Source of the DNA: Bacteroidales bacterium
Lineage (GTDB): Bacteria; Bacteroidota; Bacteroidia; Bacteroidales; WCHB1-69
NCBI GenBank assembly: GCA_024400635.1
Contig: JAKSMI010000003.1
Location: 1,076 to 65,075, forward strand
DNA: 64,000 bases
Reading direction: 5' to 3'
In this document: piece by piece, positions 1 to 9,239 of the stretch
How the letters are laid out: each line of letters opens with the position of its first letter
Position numbering within the stretch: position 1 is the first letter of the stretch
Notes under the pieces: model-generated
What the model was told of the DNA's origin: nothing
Seen by the model: the letters and a program-made list of their open reading frames with translations, nothing else
The model's database searches: none
Translations under genes and position numbers: made by a program

Positions 1-620
1 AGATTCAAGAAGATGGCGAAGAAGATATTAATAATGGAGACTCCGCGCACAGATCCATCTGGAGTTATCCTTATATGTGGTTAGGCGTTTTAGCCATTTT
101 CTTCTACGTCGGTGCAGAAGTCATCGCCATTGATTACTTGAAAATATATGGTAATTCTCTCGGATTTCCCACAGCCGTAACCAATAGGTTGCCTGCCTAT
201 GCTTTGTCAGCTCTGATTGTCGGTTATCTTTTGGGCATAGTCGCAATGCCTCGGTGGGTCTCCCAGCGTCAGGCTTTGGTCATCCAAGTGCTGTTGTCCA
301 TTGCTCTGACGGTCGTAGTACTTTGCACCAGCGGCATCGTTTCCGTGATTGCCGTCATAGCCTTGAGCTTTGCCCACGCCATCATGTGGCCCGCCATCTG
401 GCCACTTTCCATCCACGACCTCGGCCGCCACACCAAACTGGCTTCCGCATTCCTGATTATGGCCATTGCCGGTGGTGCCATTATGCCCATCATCTATAGC
501 CACATGATTGAAAGTTGCGGCAACCAAACAGCGTACGCACTGCTGTTTGTATGCTATGCCTATTTGCTGTTTTTTGCCGTGTCCGGCTGCAAAATTGGGA
601 CTAAGAAATTAAGAAACTAA
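1..620 (+). CDS. MFS sugar:H+ symporter of the FucP/GluP (fucose / glucose-galactose permease) family, C-terminal part; gene starts upstream of the window
   Basis: Frame 3 is open from the window edge (..GDSAHRSIWSYPYMWLGVLAIFFYVGAEVIAIDYL..). Consecutive hydrophobic helices follow, typical of the second half of FucP/GluP permeases. Stop at 618-620. Confidence 0.75.
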   Translation, partial: IQEDGEEDINNGDSAHRSIWSYPYMWLGVLAIFFYVGAEVIAIDYLKIYGNSLGFPTAVTNRLPAYALSALIVGYLLGIVAMPRWVSQRQALVIQVLLSIALTVVVLCTSGIVSVIAVIALSFAHAIMWPAIWPLSIHDLGRHTKLASAFLIMAIAGGAIMPIIYSHMIESCGNQTAYALLFVCYAYLLFFAVSGCKIGTKKLRN

Positions 621-647
621 GAAACTAAGAAACTAAGAAACTAAGAG
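601..647 (+). repeat. 8-bp microsatellite (YTAAGAAA), about 5.9 units, overlapping the stop codon of the transporter gene
   Basis: Direct reading: ctaagaaa ttaagaaa ctaagaaa ctaagaaa ctaagaaa ctaagag. The same octamer array recurs at 9121-9190 and, inverted, at 50351-50375. Confidence 0.9.
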
Positions 648-826
648 CTGCAGAAATCTGCCTGAAGGGCAGTATTGAGTAACCGGTTGCACCGACGTAG
701 GAGGTGCTGCCGGCATTGTGGCACAGAGGCGGCGGTGTCTGAAAGACACCACAACATAGTAACCGGGGACGAAGTCCTCGGATGAAAAAGAAAGACAGAA
801 CACCCTGCCTGAAGGGCAGCACCATA
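648..826 (+). repeat. GC-rich multi-hairpin intergenic element, copy A
   Basis: Hairpins ctgcc-tgaag-ggcag (658-672), gcacc-N9-ggtgc (689-707), ggtgtc-tgaaa-gacacc, ccggggac-gaa-gtcctcgg and ctgcc-tgaag-ggcag. Long identity with 15975-16215, 16438-16494 and 30227-30320. Confidence 0.85.
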
Positions 827-863
827 CAAACGCAATGTACAGCATCTCAAAAGAATAGAAGAC

Positions 864-2144
864 ATGAAGCAAAGCATCAACATCATCACCTTAGGTTGTT
901 CTAAAAACAGCGTAGATTCGGAAGTCATTGCCGCACAATTGGAAAAACAGGGCCATAAGGTCTTCCATGAAACGACAGCCGACACCGACATCGTCATCAT
1001 CAACACCTGCGGTTTCATTGGCGATGCCAAGGAGGAATCCATTGATGAAATTCTCATCCACGCCGAAAGGCGTAAAAAGGGAATCATCAAGAGATTATAT
1101 GTTATCGGCTGCCTGGTACAAAGATATAAAGATGAACTTATCGAGATGATTCCCGAGGTCGATGCTTTTTATACTTTCCCCGAATTGAATCAGCTGCTTG
1201 GCACTGAAAAATTCGACCTATTGGATCATTGCGAGCGGAAATTGTCAACACCTTCACACTATGCCTACCTCAAGATTTCGGAAGGTTGCGACCGCCATTG
1301 CTCCTATTGCGCCATCCCTCTAATTCGTGGCAAGCAAATCTCCAAGCCCATCGACCGCATTGAGATGGAGGCTCGCCAGCTCGTCAAAGGCGGTGTCAAG
1401 GAAATCATGCTCATAGCCCAAGATTTAACCTACTATGGCATCGATCTCAGTGGACACCGTGATCTGGAACAGGTCGTACGCCGTTTGGCACAAATCGACG
1501 GACTGGAATGGATTCGTCTGCATTACGCCTATCCCATGAATTTTCCTTATGAAGTATTGGACGTTATGAACGAATATTCCAACATTTGCAAATATTTGGA
1601 CATTCCCTTGCAGCATATCAGCGACGACATTTTGCAGGATATGCGTCGTGGCGGCAACAGCATGCAAACCTATAAGTTGATTGAGAATATCCGCAACAAA
1701 GTGCCGGGAATCGCCATACGCACCACGCTGATTTCGGGTTATCCCACAGAAACGCGCGCACAGCACAAAGAGCTGGTCGAATTTGTCAAAACGATGAAAT
1801 TCGAACGTTTGGGCGTATTTTCCTACTCGCAGGAAGAAGGAACACCTGCCTATCCGTTGGGCGACCCCATCAAACAGGCCGAGAAAAACCGTCGTTTGGA
1901 GGAACTGATGAGTCTTCAGGAAGAAATCTCATTGGCACACAACGAAAGTCTGGTCGGTAAAATCATGAACGTCATCATTGACTCCAAAGAAGAAGGATAT
2001 TACATTGGCCGCACGGAATTCGATTCGCCCGAAGTCGACAATACCGTTCTCATTCCCAACAAAGAGAAACTGAATATCGGAGAGTTCTTCCCCATTCGCA
2101 TCACCCGCGCCGACTGCTTCGACCTATACGGAACGAAAAGTTAA
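864..2144 (+). CDS. rimO: ribosomal protein S12 methylthiotransferase RimO (radical SAM MTTase)
   Basis: N-terminus MKQSINIITLGCSKNSVDSE, radical SAM CxxxCxxC (CDRHCSYC) and a C-terminal TRAM-like region. Length 426 aa. Confidence 0.9.
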   Translation: MKQSINIITLGCSKNSVDSEVIAAQLEKQGHKVFHETTADTDIVIINTCGFIGDAKEESIDEILIHAERRKKGIIKRLYVIGCLVQRYKDELIEMIPEVDAFYTFPELNQLLGTEKFDLLDHCERKLSTPSHYAYLKISEGCDRHCSYCAIPLIRGKQISKPIDRIEMEARQLVKGGVKEIMLIAQDLTYYGIDLSGHRDLEQVVRRLAQIDGLEWIRLHYAYPMNFPYEVLDVMNEYSNICKYLDIPLQHISDDILQDMRRGGNSMQTYKLIENIRNKVPGIAIRTTLISGYPTETRAQHKELVEFVKTMKFERLGVFSYSQEEGTPAYPLGDPIKQAEKNRRLEELMSLQEEISLAHNESLVGKIMNVIIDSKEEGYYIGRTEFDSPEVDNTVLIPNKEKLNIGEFFPIRITRADCFDLYGTKS

Positions 2145-2235
2145 AAAAGACTCCACCTTGACTTATTTCGAATAAATAGTTTAATACAGGTGCAGCAAGC
2201 ATGACGAGCGGAATGTTAAAGTTAAAGATAAAAAT

Positions 2236-3072
2236 ATGATTATATTCAGAATAATTGGAGCATTAGTAGGAGGACACCTCGGCGGATTTTGGTTTGGGGT
2301 TTTGGGTTTTTTTCTCGGACGCATGCTCGACAACGCCATTGCCGCACGCCGTGGCGGCAGTCGGAGAACGGTTTTCTCATCGCATTACTACAATGGCCTT
2401 TCCCAGAACGAATTTGTGGACACACTGATGCAGCTCACAGCCGTCGTCATCAAATCCGACGACAAAATGCTGAAATCAGAATTGGATTACGTCAAACAGT
2501 ATCTAATAAAAAATTTAGGGACAAGACAAGCTCAGAACGCTGTTTTAAATCTTCGAGACTATCTTAAGCAAAACATTGACTCTGAACAACTTTGCCGCAA
2601 GCTCAGCCAGAATGCCAGTCTACAGGAGCGACTGCTTATCCTCCAATTTTTATTCGGTTTGGCCAAAGCGGATGGCAATGTTGACAACTCGGAAGTGCAA
2701 ACGATTCAAATGATAGCGTCATGGATGGGCATTCCGTCAGCCACATTCGAATCACTGAAAGCAATGTTCTTAGGTTATGGCTATTATTCGGGTTACCAGC
2801 AGCAAGGGTTTGGGTATGGCGGAGGCTACAGTTCTGAAGGAAGTTCTTATTCTTCAACAAGTTACAACCTTGATGAAGATTATAAGATTTTGGAAATTTC
2901 TCCAGACGCCAGTGATGAAGAAGTTAAGAAAGCATTCCGCAAAGCGGCAATGAAGCACCACCCGGATAGGGTTAGTCATCTGGGGGAAGAAGCTCGGAAA
3001 GCGGCTGAAGAAAAATTCGCCAAAGTCAACGAGGCCTATAATCGAATTAAAAAATCCAGAGGCATCAATTAA
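2236..3072 (+). CDS. DjlA-like membrane co-chaperone: N-terminal TM helix, TerB-like domain, Gly/Tyr/Ser-rich linker, C-terminal J domain
   Basis: J-domain signature DYKILEISPDASDEEVKKAFRKAAMKHHPDR at the C-terminus. Hydrophobic N-terminus. Central LFGLAKADGNVDNSE TerB-type motif. Confidence 0.7.
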   Translation: MIIFRIIGALVGGHLGGFWFGVLGFFLGRMLDNAIAARRGGSRRTVFSSHYYNGLSQNEFVDTLMQLTAVVIKSDDKMLKSELDYVKQYLIKNLGTRQAQNAVLNLRDYLKQNIDSEQLCRKLSQNASLQERLLILQFLFGLAKADGNVDNSEVQTIQMIASWMGIPSATFESLKAMFLGYGYYSGYQQQGFGYGGGYSSEGSSYSSTSYNLDEDYKILEISPDASDEEVKKAFRKAAMKHHPDRVSHLGEEARKAAEEKFAKVNEAYNRIKKSRGIN

Positions 3073-3087
3073 TCAAAAAAAAAATTG

Positions 3088-3095
3088 TATTTTTG
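3088..3095 (+). promoter_or_regulatory. candidate Bacteroidota sigma-AB -7 box (TATTTTTG)
   Basis: Matches the TAnnTTTG consensus about 22 nt upstream of the ATG at 3117. No clear -33 TTTG was seen. Confidence 0.35.
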
Positions 3096-3116
3096 CAAAA
3101 TCTACAAACGTAAAAA

Positions 3117-3404
3117 ATGGCATCTTTTTTAAGCATATATAATGATATAGAATACAAAATAAAAAAGGCTAAAATACGTTTAATAGAAGTCCGCAAGGAG
3201 AATCAACAATTAAAGGAACGAAACGAGAAGTTGTCAAGCGAAAATGAAGATTTGAAGAAAAAAGTTGACGAGCTCCAGGAGAATATCAAATTAATGACAA
3301 TAACACAAACTATCATAAAGAAGGAAGATAAAACAGAGACAAAAAGAAAAATTACAGAGTTAGTGCGGGAAATAGACAATTGCATCAAGCTTCTCAACAG
3401 TTAG
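3117..3404 (+). CDS. small coiled-coil protein of unknown function (upstream partner of zapA)
   Basis: 95 aa, heptad-rich and charged (ENQQLKERNEKLSSENEDLKKKVDELQENIK). Tightly spaced, 12 nt before the next gene. Confidence 0.5.
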   Translation: MASFLSIYNDIEYKIKKAKIRLIEVRKENQQLKERNEKLSSENEDLKKKVDELQENIKLMTITQTIIKKEDKTETKRKITELVREIDNCIKLLNS

Positions 3405-3416
3405 AAAACAAAAAAT

Positions 3417-3713
3417 ATGGGGGACGATTACATCAAAATTCAGATAGAAATTGCGCAGCGGAAAATAGAAATCGTCATTAAGAAGGAATGGGAGAGATTT
3501 TACAGGGAAGCTGAAAAAAGAATCAATGACAGCGTACAAGCATTTGCCAAGCGCTTCAATTACACTGACCATCAAGACTTAATCTCTAAAATACTCGTTG
3601 ATTATACGGTAACACTGATAGACACCGAAGAAAGACTGAATGAATACGAAGAGGATTTAATACCTAAGATGGAGAACATGAAACAGTTGGCAGACCAACT
3701 GGACATTGATTAG
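3417..3713 (+). CDS. zapA: cell division protein ZapA-like
   Basis: 98 aa with the pattern I.I.IA.R.....I...E....REA.K.IN typical of Bacteroidota ZapA. Sits directly upstream of rny, as in other Bacteroidales. Confidence 0.6.
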   Translation: MGDDYIKIQIEIAQRKIEIVIKKEWERFYREAEKRINDSVQAFAKRFNYTDHQDLISKILVDYTVTLIDTEERLNEYEEDLIPKMENMKQLADQLDID

Positions 3714-3732
3714 ACACGTTCTTTGAAAAAAC

Positions 3733-3928
3733 ACACTCCCGCATAAGTCAATAACGTTTGTTAAACTCAACACAAAACAAACGAAGGCTCGGCTCGACAT
3801 GTTAAAAAAAGGCCTCACCCGCAAGGGGATGCTGCGGCATCCGGTGGAATTTTGCGATATGCCGGCTCCTTCATCATATTTACATAGGAGTTTAATGAAA
3901 CCCTATGGGCTGTGCGGGAGTTCTTTTT
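3733..3928 (+). ncRNA. ssrS: candidate 6S RNA (ssrS)
   Basis: About 190-nt non-coding gap. Closing stem actcccgca (3735-3743) pairs with tgcgggagt (3913-3921). Internal helices ttaaactc/gagtttaa and gaagg..cggc/gccgg..ccttc flank a large A-rich/U-rich internal loop (aacacaaaacaaac versus atcatatttacat). A T5 run follows. Lies immediately 3' of zapA, as ssrS does in E. coli. Confidence 0.45.
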
Positions 3929-3987
3929 ATATTTAATAGACATCAATATAATTATCAAATTTATAACTAAAAGACAATAAATAACTT

Positions 3988-5529
3988 ATGACAGCAATTT
4001 GGATTATCATCGGTATAATTGTAGGCGGCGGCATTGGCGTTGTCTGCTCTTTTACCGTACTCAAAAACACACTCACGAAAAACAGCCGCGAAATCCTGAA
4101 AAAAGCCGAAGAAGACGGTGAATTATTAAAAAAGGAAAAGATTTTGCAGGCAAAAGAGAAATTCCTTCAATTGAAAAGCGAACACGAAAAGGTTGTCAAC
4201 GATAAAAACCAACAAATCAGTGCCGCTGAAAACCGTATCAAACAAAAAGAAAACACCCTGAATCAGAAGTTGGAAGAAGCCAACAAACGCCTCAACGAGA
4301 ACAACGCCACCAAAGAAAATCTGAAGAAACAACAGGATGCCGTTGCCCAGAAACAAGCCGAACTGGAAAAGCAGACTGCCATTCAGAAACAGAAACTGGA
4401 ATCCATCGCAGAGCTGACATGCGAGCAAGCCAAACAACAGCTCATCGCCTTGATGGAAGAAGAGGCCAAAGCTGATGCAATGGTTTTGATTAAGGACATT
4501 GTGGACGAAGCCAAAACCACCGCCAACAACGAAGCAAAGAAAGTAATCATCAAATCCATTCAGCGTGTTGGCGTAGAAGCTGCCATTGAAAACGCGGTTT
4601 CAGTTTTCAACATTGAAAACGATGAAATCAAAGGTCGTATCATCGGTCGAGAAGGTCGTAACATCCGCACCCTTGAGAACCTCACCGGCGTTGACGTCAT
4701 CATCGACGACTCTCCTGACGCCATCCTCTTATCAAGTTTCGACCCCATCCGCCGCGAAATCGCACGCCAGTCGCTGCAAAAACTTGTCACCGACGGCCGT
4801 ATTCACCCCGCCCGCATCGAAGAAGTTGTGGCAAAGACGAAAAAACAGATTGAACAGGAAATTGCCGAAATCGGGAAACGCACCTGCATTGACTTGGGCA
4901 TTCACAACATCCATCACGACTTGATGCGTATGGTGGGTAAGATGCGCTATCGTTCATCTTACGGACAGAACCTTCTGCAACACTCTAAAGAAGTTGCCAA
5001 TCTCTGCGCCACCATGGCTGCGGAATTGGGCCTGAACCCCAAATTAGCAAAACGTGCCGGTTTGCTGCACGACATCGGCAAAGTTTCCGATACGGAATTG
5101 GAAGTACCCCACGCCATTTATGGTGCGCAGTTGGCAGAACAATACAAGGAACGTCCCGAAGTGGTCAACGCCATCGGTTCACACCACGATGAAATGGAAA
5201 TGGACAACCTCATTGCCCCGTTGGTACAAGTTTGCGATGCCATCTCCGGTGCACGTCCAGGCGCACGCCGCGAAGTTGTGGAAGCCTACATCAAGCGCCT
5301 CAACGACCTCGAAAACCTTGCCCTCACCTATCCTGGCGTTATCAAGACCTTCGCCATCCAGGCTGGCCGCGAACTCCGCGTCATCGTTGGTGCTGAAAAG
5401 GTAAGCGATGAACAAGCCAACCAACTCTCCTTCGATCTTTCGAAGAAAATCCAAAACGAGATGACCTACCCAGGTCAAATCAAGATTACCGTTATCAGAG
5501 AAACACGCTCTGTCAACTACGCAAGATAA
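3988..5529 (+). CDS. rny: ribonuclease Y
   Basis: N-terminal TM helix, long coiled coil, KH domain ([15 protein letters not shown]) and HD domain (LLHDIGK...GSHHD). 513 aa. Confidence 0.95.
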   Translation: MTAIWIIIGIIVGGGIGVVCSFTVLKNTLTKNSREILKKAEEDGELLKKEKILQAKEKFLQLKSEHEKVVNDKNQQISAAENRIKQKENTLNQKLEEANKRLNENNATKENLKKQQDAVAQKQAELEKQTAIQKQKLESIAELTCEQAKQQLIALMEEEAKADAMVLIKDIVDEAKTTANNEAKKVIIKSIQRVGVEAAIENAVSVFNIENDEIKGRIIGREGRNIRTLENLTGVDVIIDDSPDAILLSSFDPIRREIARQSLQKLVTDGRIHPARIEEVVAKTKKQIEQEIAEIGKRTCIDLGIHNIHHDLMRMVGKMRYRSSYGQNLLQHSKEVANLCATMAAELGLNPKLAKRAGLLHDIGKVSDTELEVPHAIYGAQLAEQYKERPEVVNAIGSHHDEMEMDNLIAPLVQVCDAISGARPGARREVVEAYIKRLNDLENLALTYPGVIKTFAIQAGRELRVIVGAEKVSDEQANQLSFDLSKKIQNEMTYPGQIKITVIRETRSVNYAR

Positions 5530-5535
5530 CATATT

Positions 5536-5829
5536 GTGGCTTTTGAAATGAACAAAAAGAAATTCTGGATTATCCTGTTTGCGGGAACGTTGGCAGCATT
5601 CCTCATCTATTTCTTTTTCATTTCTGACAACAACTTCAAGAAACATCGCGAACTCAACAAGAAAATCGACAATCTGGAAAAAAGCATCAGCGAAACCAAA
5701 AACAAAATCGAAAACAACTATTCCTATGAACAGCTTTGTCAAGATTCAAGCAAACTGGAAAAATACGGCCGCGAGAATCTGAACATGCAGAAAGATAATG
5801 AGGATGTTTTTGTGATTGTGTACGAATAG
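5536..5829 (+). CDS. septum formation initiator (FtsB/DivIC-like) protein
   Basis: Single TM helix followed by a short coiled coil; about 95 aa. GTG at 5536 or ATG at 5548 are both possible starts. Confidence 0.6.
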   Translation: MAFEMNKKKFWIILFAGTLAAFLIYFFFISDNNFKKHRELNKKIDNLEKSISETKNKIENNYSYEQLCQDSSKLEKYGRENLNMQKDNEDVFVIVYE

Positions 5830-5851
5830 TGTTGAGACAAAACAAACAAAC

Positions 5852-6265
5852 ATGAAAATAGTCATCATCAATGGAGTGAATTTGGGGTGCTTGGGCACAC
5901 GAGAAGTCGACATTTATGGTCACACTTCCTTTGCCGATTATTTTGCCGACTTACAGAAACGATTTTCCGATGTTAACTTGGAATATTTTCAAAGCGATGA
6001 TTTGGCAGAAGTCGTGAATGCGCTGCACCGCTACGACGGATGCGACGGCATCGTCCTCAATCCGGGGGCATTCACTCATACGACCTTGGTATTGGCGGAT
6101 GCAATAGCAACCCTACACACGCCCGTCATTGAAGTTCACATTTCCAACCTTTTCGGTCGCGAAAACTACCGCCGACATTCGATGATTTCTGCCCACTGCG
6201 CCGGTTTCATCAGCGGATTCGGGTTACAAGGTTACCAGTTAGCCATTCAACATTTCATCAATTAA
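5852..6265 (+). CDS. aroQ: type II 3-dehydroquinate dehydratase
   Basis: MKIVIINGVNLGCLGTREVDIYG ... NPGAFTHTT ... EVHISN motifs. I prefer the ATG at 5852 over the ORF-track start at 5816. Confidence 0.9.
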   Translation: MKIVIINGVNLGCLGTREVDIYGHTSFADYFADLQKRFSDVNLEYFQSDDLAEVVNALHRYDGCDGIVLNPGAFTHTTLVLADAIATLHTPVIEVHISNLFGRENYRRHSMISAHCAGFISGFGLQGYQLAIQHFIN

Positions 6266-6325
6266 ACTTTTACAATTCAAAATAGTCTAACATTTGATTT
6301 TTCTTTTTAAAACAACAATAAAATT

Positions 6326-6784
6326 ATGAAAAAGATTTTAAGCATTGCAGTTGTTATGCTGCTCGCCCTTTCATTGACGGCTCAGGACGATCAAACAGCA
6401 AAGCCGAAAAAAGTGAAAGAACCTGAAATCACTTTCGAGACCTTAGTTCACGATTACGGTCAGATTTACCAGAACGACAATGGAGAATGCGAGTTTGTAT
6501 TCAAAAACACAGGTAAAGCTGAATTGATTTTGACCAATTGCCGTTCAAGCTGCGGCTGCACTGTTCCCGAATGGCCCAAAGAACCCATCGCTCCCGGTAA
6601 AAAAGCCAGCATCAAAGTTAAATACAACACTGGCCGTCTGGGCGTGATTAACAAGACCATCACTGTAGAATCCAATGCCACTAACAACCGCGTGGTTTTG
6701 AACATCAAAGGCAATGTGAATGCTCGCCCCGCAGAAGCGACACCTGAAAACAGCGCCAGTCCATTAAACGCACCAAACAATTAA
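6326..6784 (+). CDS. DUF1573 domain-containing secreted protein
   Basis: Signal peptide, then the F.F.N.G...L.I....SCGCT.P.W...PI.PG DUF1573 pattern. Confidence 0.75.
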   Translation: MKKILSIAVVMLLALSLTAQDDQTAKPKKVKEPEITFETLVHDYGQIYQNDNGECEFVFKNTGKAELILTNCRSSCGCTVPEWPKEPIAPGKKASIKVKYNTGRLGVINKTITVESNATNNRVVLNIKGNVNARPAEATPENSASPLNAPNN

Positions 6785-6791
6785 TAGCATC

Positions 6792-7226
6792 ATGAAAAAG
6801 ATAGTGATTCTCAGCACATTACTCTTATTTGTCGCTTTCGGTTTTGCCCAAAACGACAAGGCAAAAAGCGATAAAAAGCCAGCTGCAGCCGCCACCAATT
6901 ACACTGGTGCCGAAATCAAGTTCGACAAGACCACCTTGGATTTAGGAACAGTGAAATTGAATCAAGAAGTGACTGACACCTACACATTCACCAACGTTGG
7001 CAAGAAGCCCTTGTTGCTGTACAATGTAGTAGCAGCCTGCAACTGCACTAAGGTAGAATATTCCAAATCACCAGTGATGCCTGGCCAGAAAGGATCTATC
7101 AAGGTTATATTCAGCGCCACAAAACCTGATGACGTTGGCCAACGCACCAAACGCGTCACCGTTGATTCAAATGCCGAAAGCGACAGAGTAATCTTGACCT
7201 TGAAAGCCAACGTGGTGTTAGAATAA
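6792..7226 (+). CDS. DUF1573 domain-containing secreted protein (tandem paralog)
   Basis: Signal peptide plus YTFTNVGKKPLLLYNVVAACNCT...SPVMPGQKG pattern. Confidence 0.75.
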   Translation: MKKIVILSTLLLFVAFGFAQNDKAKSDKKPAAAATNYTGAEIKFDKTTLDLGTVKLNQEVTDTYTFTNVGKKPLLLYNVVAACNCTKVEYSKSPVMPGQKGSIKVIFSATKPDDVGQRTKRVTVDSNAESDRVILTLKANVVLE

Positions 7227-7241
7227 AGTGAGAAATTCACA

Positions 7242-7629
7242 GGGGTCGTCTGGTTTTGACAGCAGACGTGTGGATTTGTAAGCATGTCGGAGGTTGTGAG
7301 ATGGTTCCGTTAAAAACTAACTCTCCATGCCAATAAATGGCGAATCTTATGCATTCGCAGCTTAATTGCCGCGAATCTCGGGACACGAACAAGGTTCGTA
7401 GTCGCGGGTGCTTCCCCGGAAGCCACGCCCAACGGCGTCCGGACCGAAGTATCGGAAATGATGGGATAGCGACCGCAGGCTTCGATGCGGAAGCGAAACT
7501 TTAGAAGATAAGCGTAAAGCCGGTTGGTCCGGTACCTACTTTATGCCGACAATTAAACTGAGACTAAACATGTAGAAAGCATTTTTGCAGTTTGTTTGGA
7601 CGAGGGTTCGACTCCCTCCGGCTCCACAA
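7242..7629 (+). ncRNA. ssrA: transfer-messenger RNA (tmRNA, SsrA)
   Basis: 5' GGGGTCGTCTGGTTTTGACAGC and 3' GGACGAGGGTTCGACTCCCTCCGGCTCCAC tRNA-like ends. Internal tag reading frame ggc gaa tct tat gca ttc gca gct taa (7339-7365), giving GESYAFAA. Confidence 0.92.
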
Positions 7630-7635
7630 ATAAAA

Positions 7636-7667
7636 ACAGCACCATCCTAAAAGAGTGCTGTTTTTTT
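7636..7667 (+). terminator. intrinsic terminator after ssrA
   Basis: Stem acagcac/gtgctgt followed by a T7 run. Confidence 0.7.
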
Positions 7668-8020
7668 ATTGCAACTGTCTATTCCAAAATAGCGTTACAA
7701 AAAAGAAGGTCGGGAACAAGAAATACAGCAAGCCCTAAAAGAGCTGAGTTTCGTTTGGCACGAAAGTAATGTACCTGGCGACCAAACATGGGTGGATGGC
7801 GTATGGATTTCAAAACCGTCGAAGAGGCCAGATAACAGAGAATTGGGATAATCCAAAACGGGGCTAATTTTTTCCTTCAAACAAATGTAAAATCCACTAT
7901 TTTTTTCGTAAATTTGCCGATGAATCATCAGCATGATACCGTAATGTTTTTTATTATTTTCAATGATAAATTTCAAGACTCGACAATCAATTATAACTAT
8001 CAATAAATAAAGATTATACA

Positions 8021-9124
8021 ATGAAAAAATTATTTTTATCCTTTCTCGTTTTTATCGCGTTTTGCATTGTCAGTTGTCAAAACAAAACCGAGAATGATGT
8101 GACTGCGGAAGAGCCAACTTCGGACGTTTACTTCACCGAAAACATTTCTCCCGAAGGCGTTATGCAGCTTTTTGAATATGTCAAGGCCAATGTGAAAGGC
8201 AATGTGGGCATCAAGGTGCATTTTGGCGAAGACGGCAACACTTATTATGTTCCTGCCTCTATGGTTGAACCCTTGTGTAAGGAGCTGAATGCCACGCTCA
8301 TCGAAACCAATGTGAAATACACCGGTCGCAGAGCCCAAACCGACACCCATATCGAATTGGCCAAGGAACACGGTTTCACCTTTGCGCCCATCGACATTTT
8401 GGATGACGGCGGCACTTTGGAAATTCCTATCGAAAACGGCAAGCAATTCAAGACGGCCCTCATCGGCAAGAATATCGACAAATACGAAACCATCATCTAT
8501 TTCACCCATTTTAAAGGTCACGGTCGTTCCGGTTTCGGCGGCTGCATCAAAAACGCCTCTATGGGCATGGCCACTCCAGAAGGTAAGGGAGCTATGCACT
8601 TCAGCGATTATCCGGAGGTGGTTGCCGAAAACTGCACTTTTTGCAATTCCTGCACCTACGATTGCCCTGCCGATGCCATCACCATTACCGACAAAGGTCC
8701 CGTTATTGACCGCAGCAAATGTATCGGTTGTGGAAAATGCATCTCCACTTGTCCCCACGGCGCCATCCGTCCCGCTTCCGACTCTATGCAAACCCAACGT
8801 TTCCTTGAAGGACTTGTAGAATACGCCAAAGCTGCCACCGACGGTCGTAACAACATCTATTTCAACATCGTCATCAACTTGTCGCCGACCTGCGACTGCG
8901 GCAGCAACCCCCAAGAACCTTTCGCAGCCAACATCGGCATCCTGGCTTCTACCGACATCGTTGCCATCGAAGCAGCAGCCCACGACTTGGTTGACAAAGC
9001 CACCAACAGCGACGACGCTTTCCTGAAAGTCAACTCCATCAGCGGCAAACACCAAATCGAATATGCCGAAAAATTGGGGATGGGAACGAGAAAATACAAT
9101 TTAATCAACATTGACAAGAAATAA
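8021..9124 (+). CDS. DUF362 domain protein with 2x[4Fe-4S] ferredoxin-type insert, probable lipoprotein
   Basis: Lipobox-like FCIVSC. Two CxxCxxCxxxCP motifs (CTFCNSCTYDCP, CIGCGKCISTCP). The flanks resemble the DUF362 family. Confidence 0.7.
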   Translation: MKKLFLSFLVFIAFCIVSCQNKTENDVTAEEPTSDVYFTENISPEGVMQLFEYVKANVKGNVGIKVHFGEDGNTYYVPASMVEPLCKELNATLIETNVKYTGRRAQTDTHIELAKEHGFTFAPIDILDDGGTLEIPIENGKQFKTALIGKNIDKYETIIYFTHFKGHGRSGFGGCIKNASMGMATPEGKGAMHFSDYPEVVAENCTFCNSCTYDCPADAITITDKGPVIDRSKCIGCGKCISTCPHGAIRPASDSMQTQRFLEGLVEYAKAATDGRNNIYFNIVINLSPTCDCGSNPQEPFAANIGILASTDIVAIEAAAHDLVDKATNSDDAFLKVNSISGKHQIEYAEKLGMGTRKYNLINIDKK

Positions 9125-9190
9125 GAAACTAAGAAATTAAGAAACTAAGAAATTAAGAAATTAAGAAATTAAGAAACTAAGTAATTAAGA
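9121..9190 (+). repeat. 8-bp microsatellite (YTAAGAAA), about 8.7 units, beginning at the stop codon of the DUF362 gene
   Basis: ataagaaa ctaagaaa ttaagaaa ctaagaaa ttaagaaa ttaagaaa ttaagaaa ctaagtaa ttaaga. Confidence 0.9.
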
Positions 9191-9239
9191 TGATTTATTG
9201 TTTGGTTTTTAGTTTTCAGTTTTAAATTCTAATAACATT

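Noticed and set aside
625-1090. Minus-strand ORFs (66-149 aa) across the GC-rich element copy A and the 5' end of rimO; similar ORFs lie at 15934-16374
   Set aside because: They overlap a repeat element or the well-supported rimO gene. Their sequences (e.g. RRCNRLL repeats) mirror the DNA repeats, so they are not credible genes.
7695-8021. 108-aa minus-strand ORF, or a genomic-island remnant, in the 350-bp gap downstream of tmRNA (a classic integration site)
   Set aside because: There is no integrase, no direct repeat of the tmRNA 3' end, and the ORF is Cys/Ser-rich with no motif. The gap more likely holds the promoter and leader of the DUF362 gene; a TAAATTTG box lies near 7908.
8036-9055. 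Long antisense ORFs (8036-9055, 5179-5742, 33141-33893, 58061-58816, 19176-19763 and others)
   Set aside because: Each lies entirely opposite a strongly supported gene, has a low-complexity or odd composition, and has no recognisable motifs. These are typical shadow ORFs.
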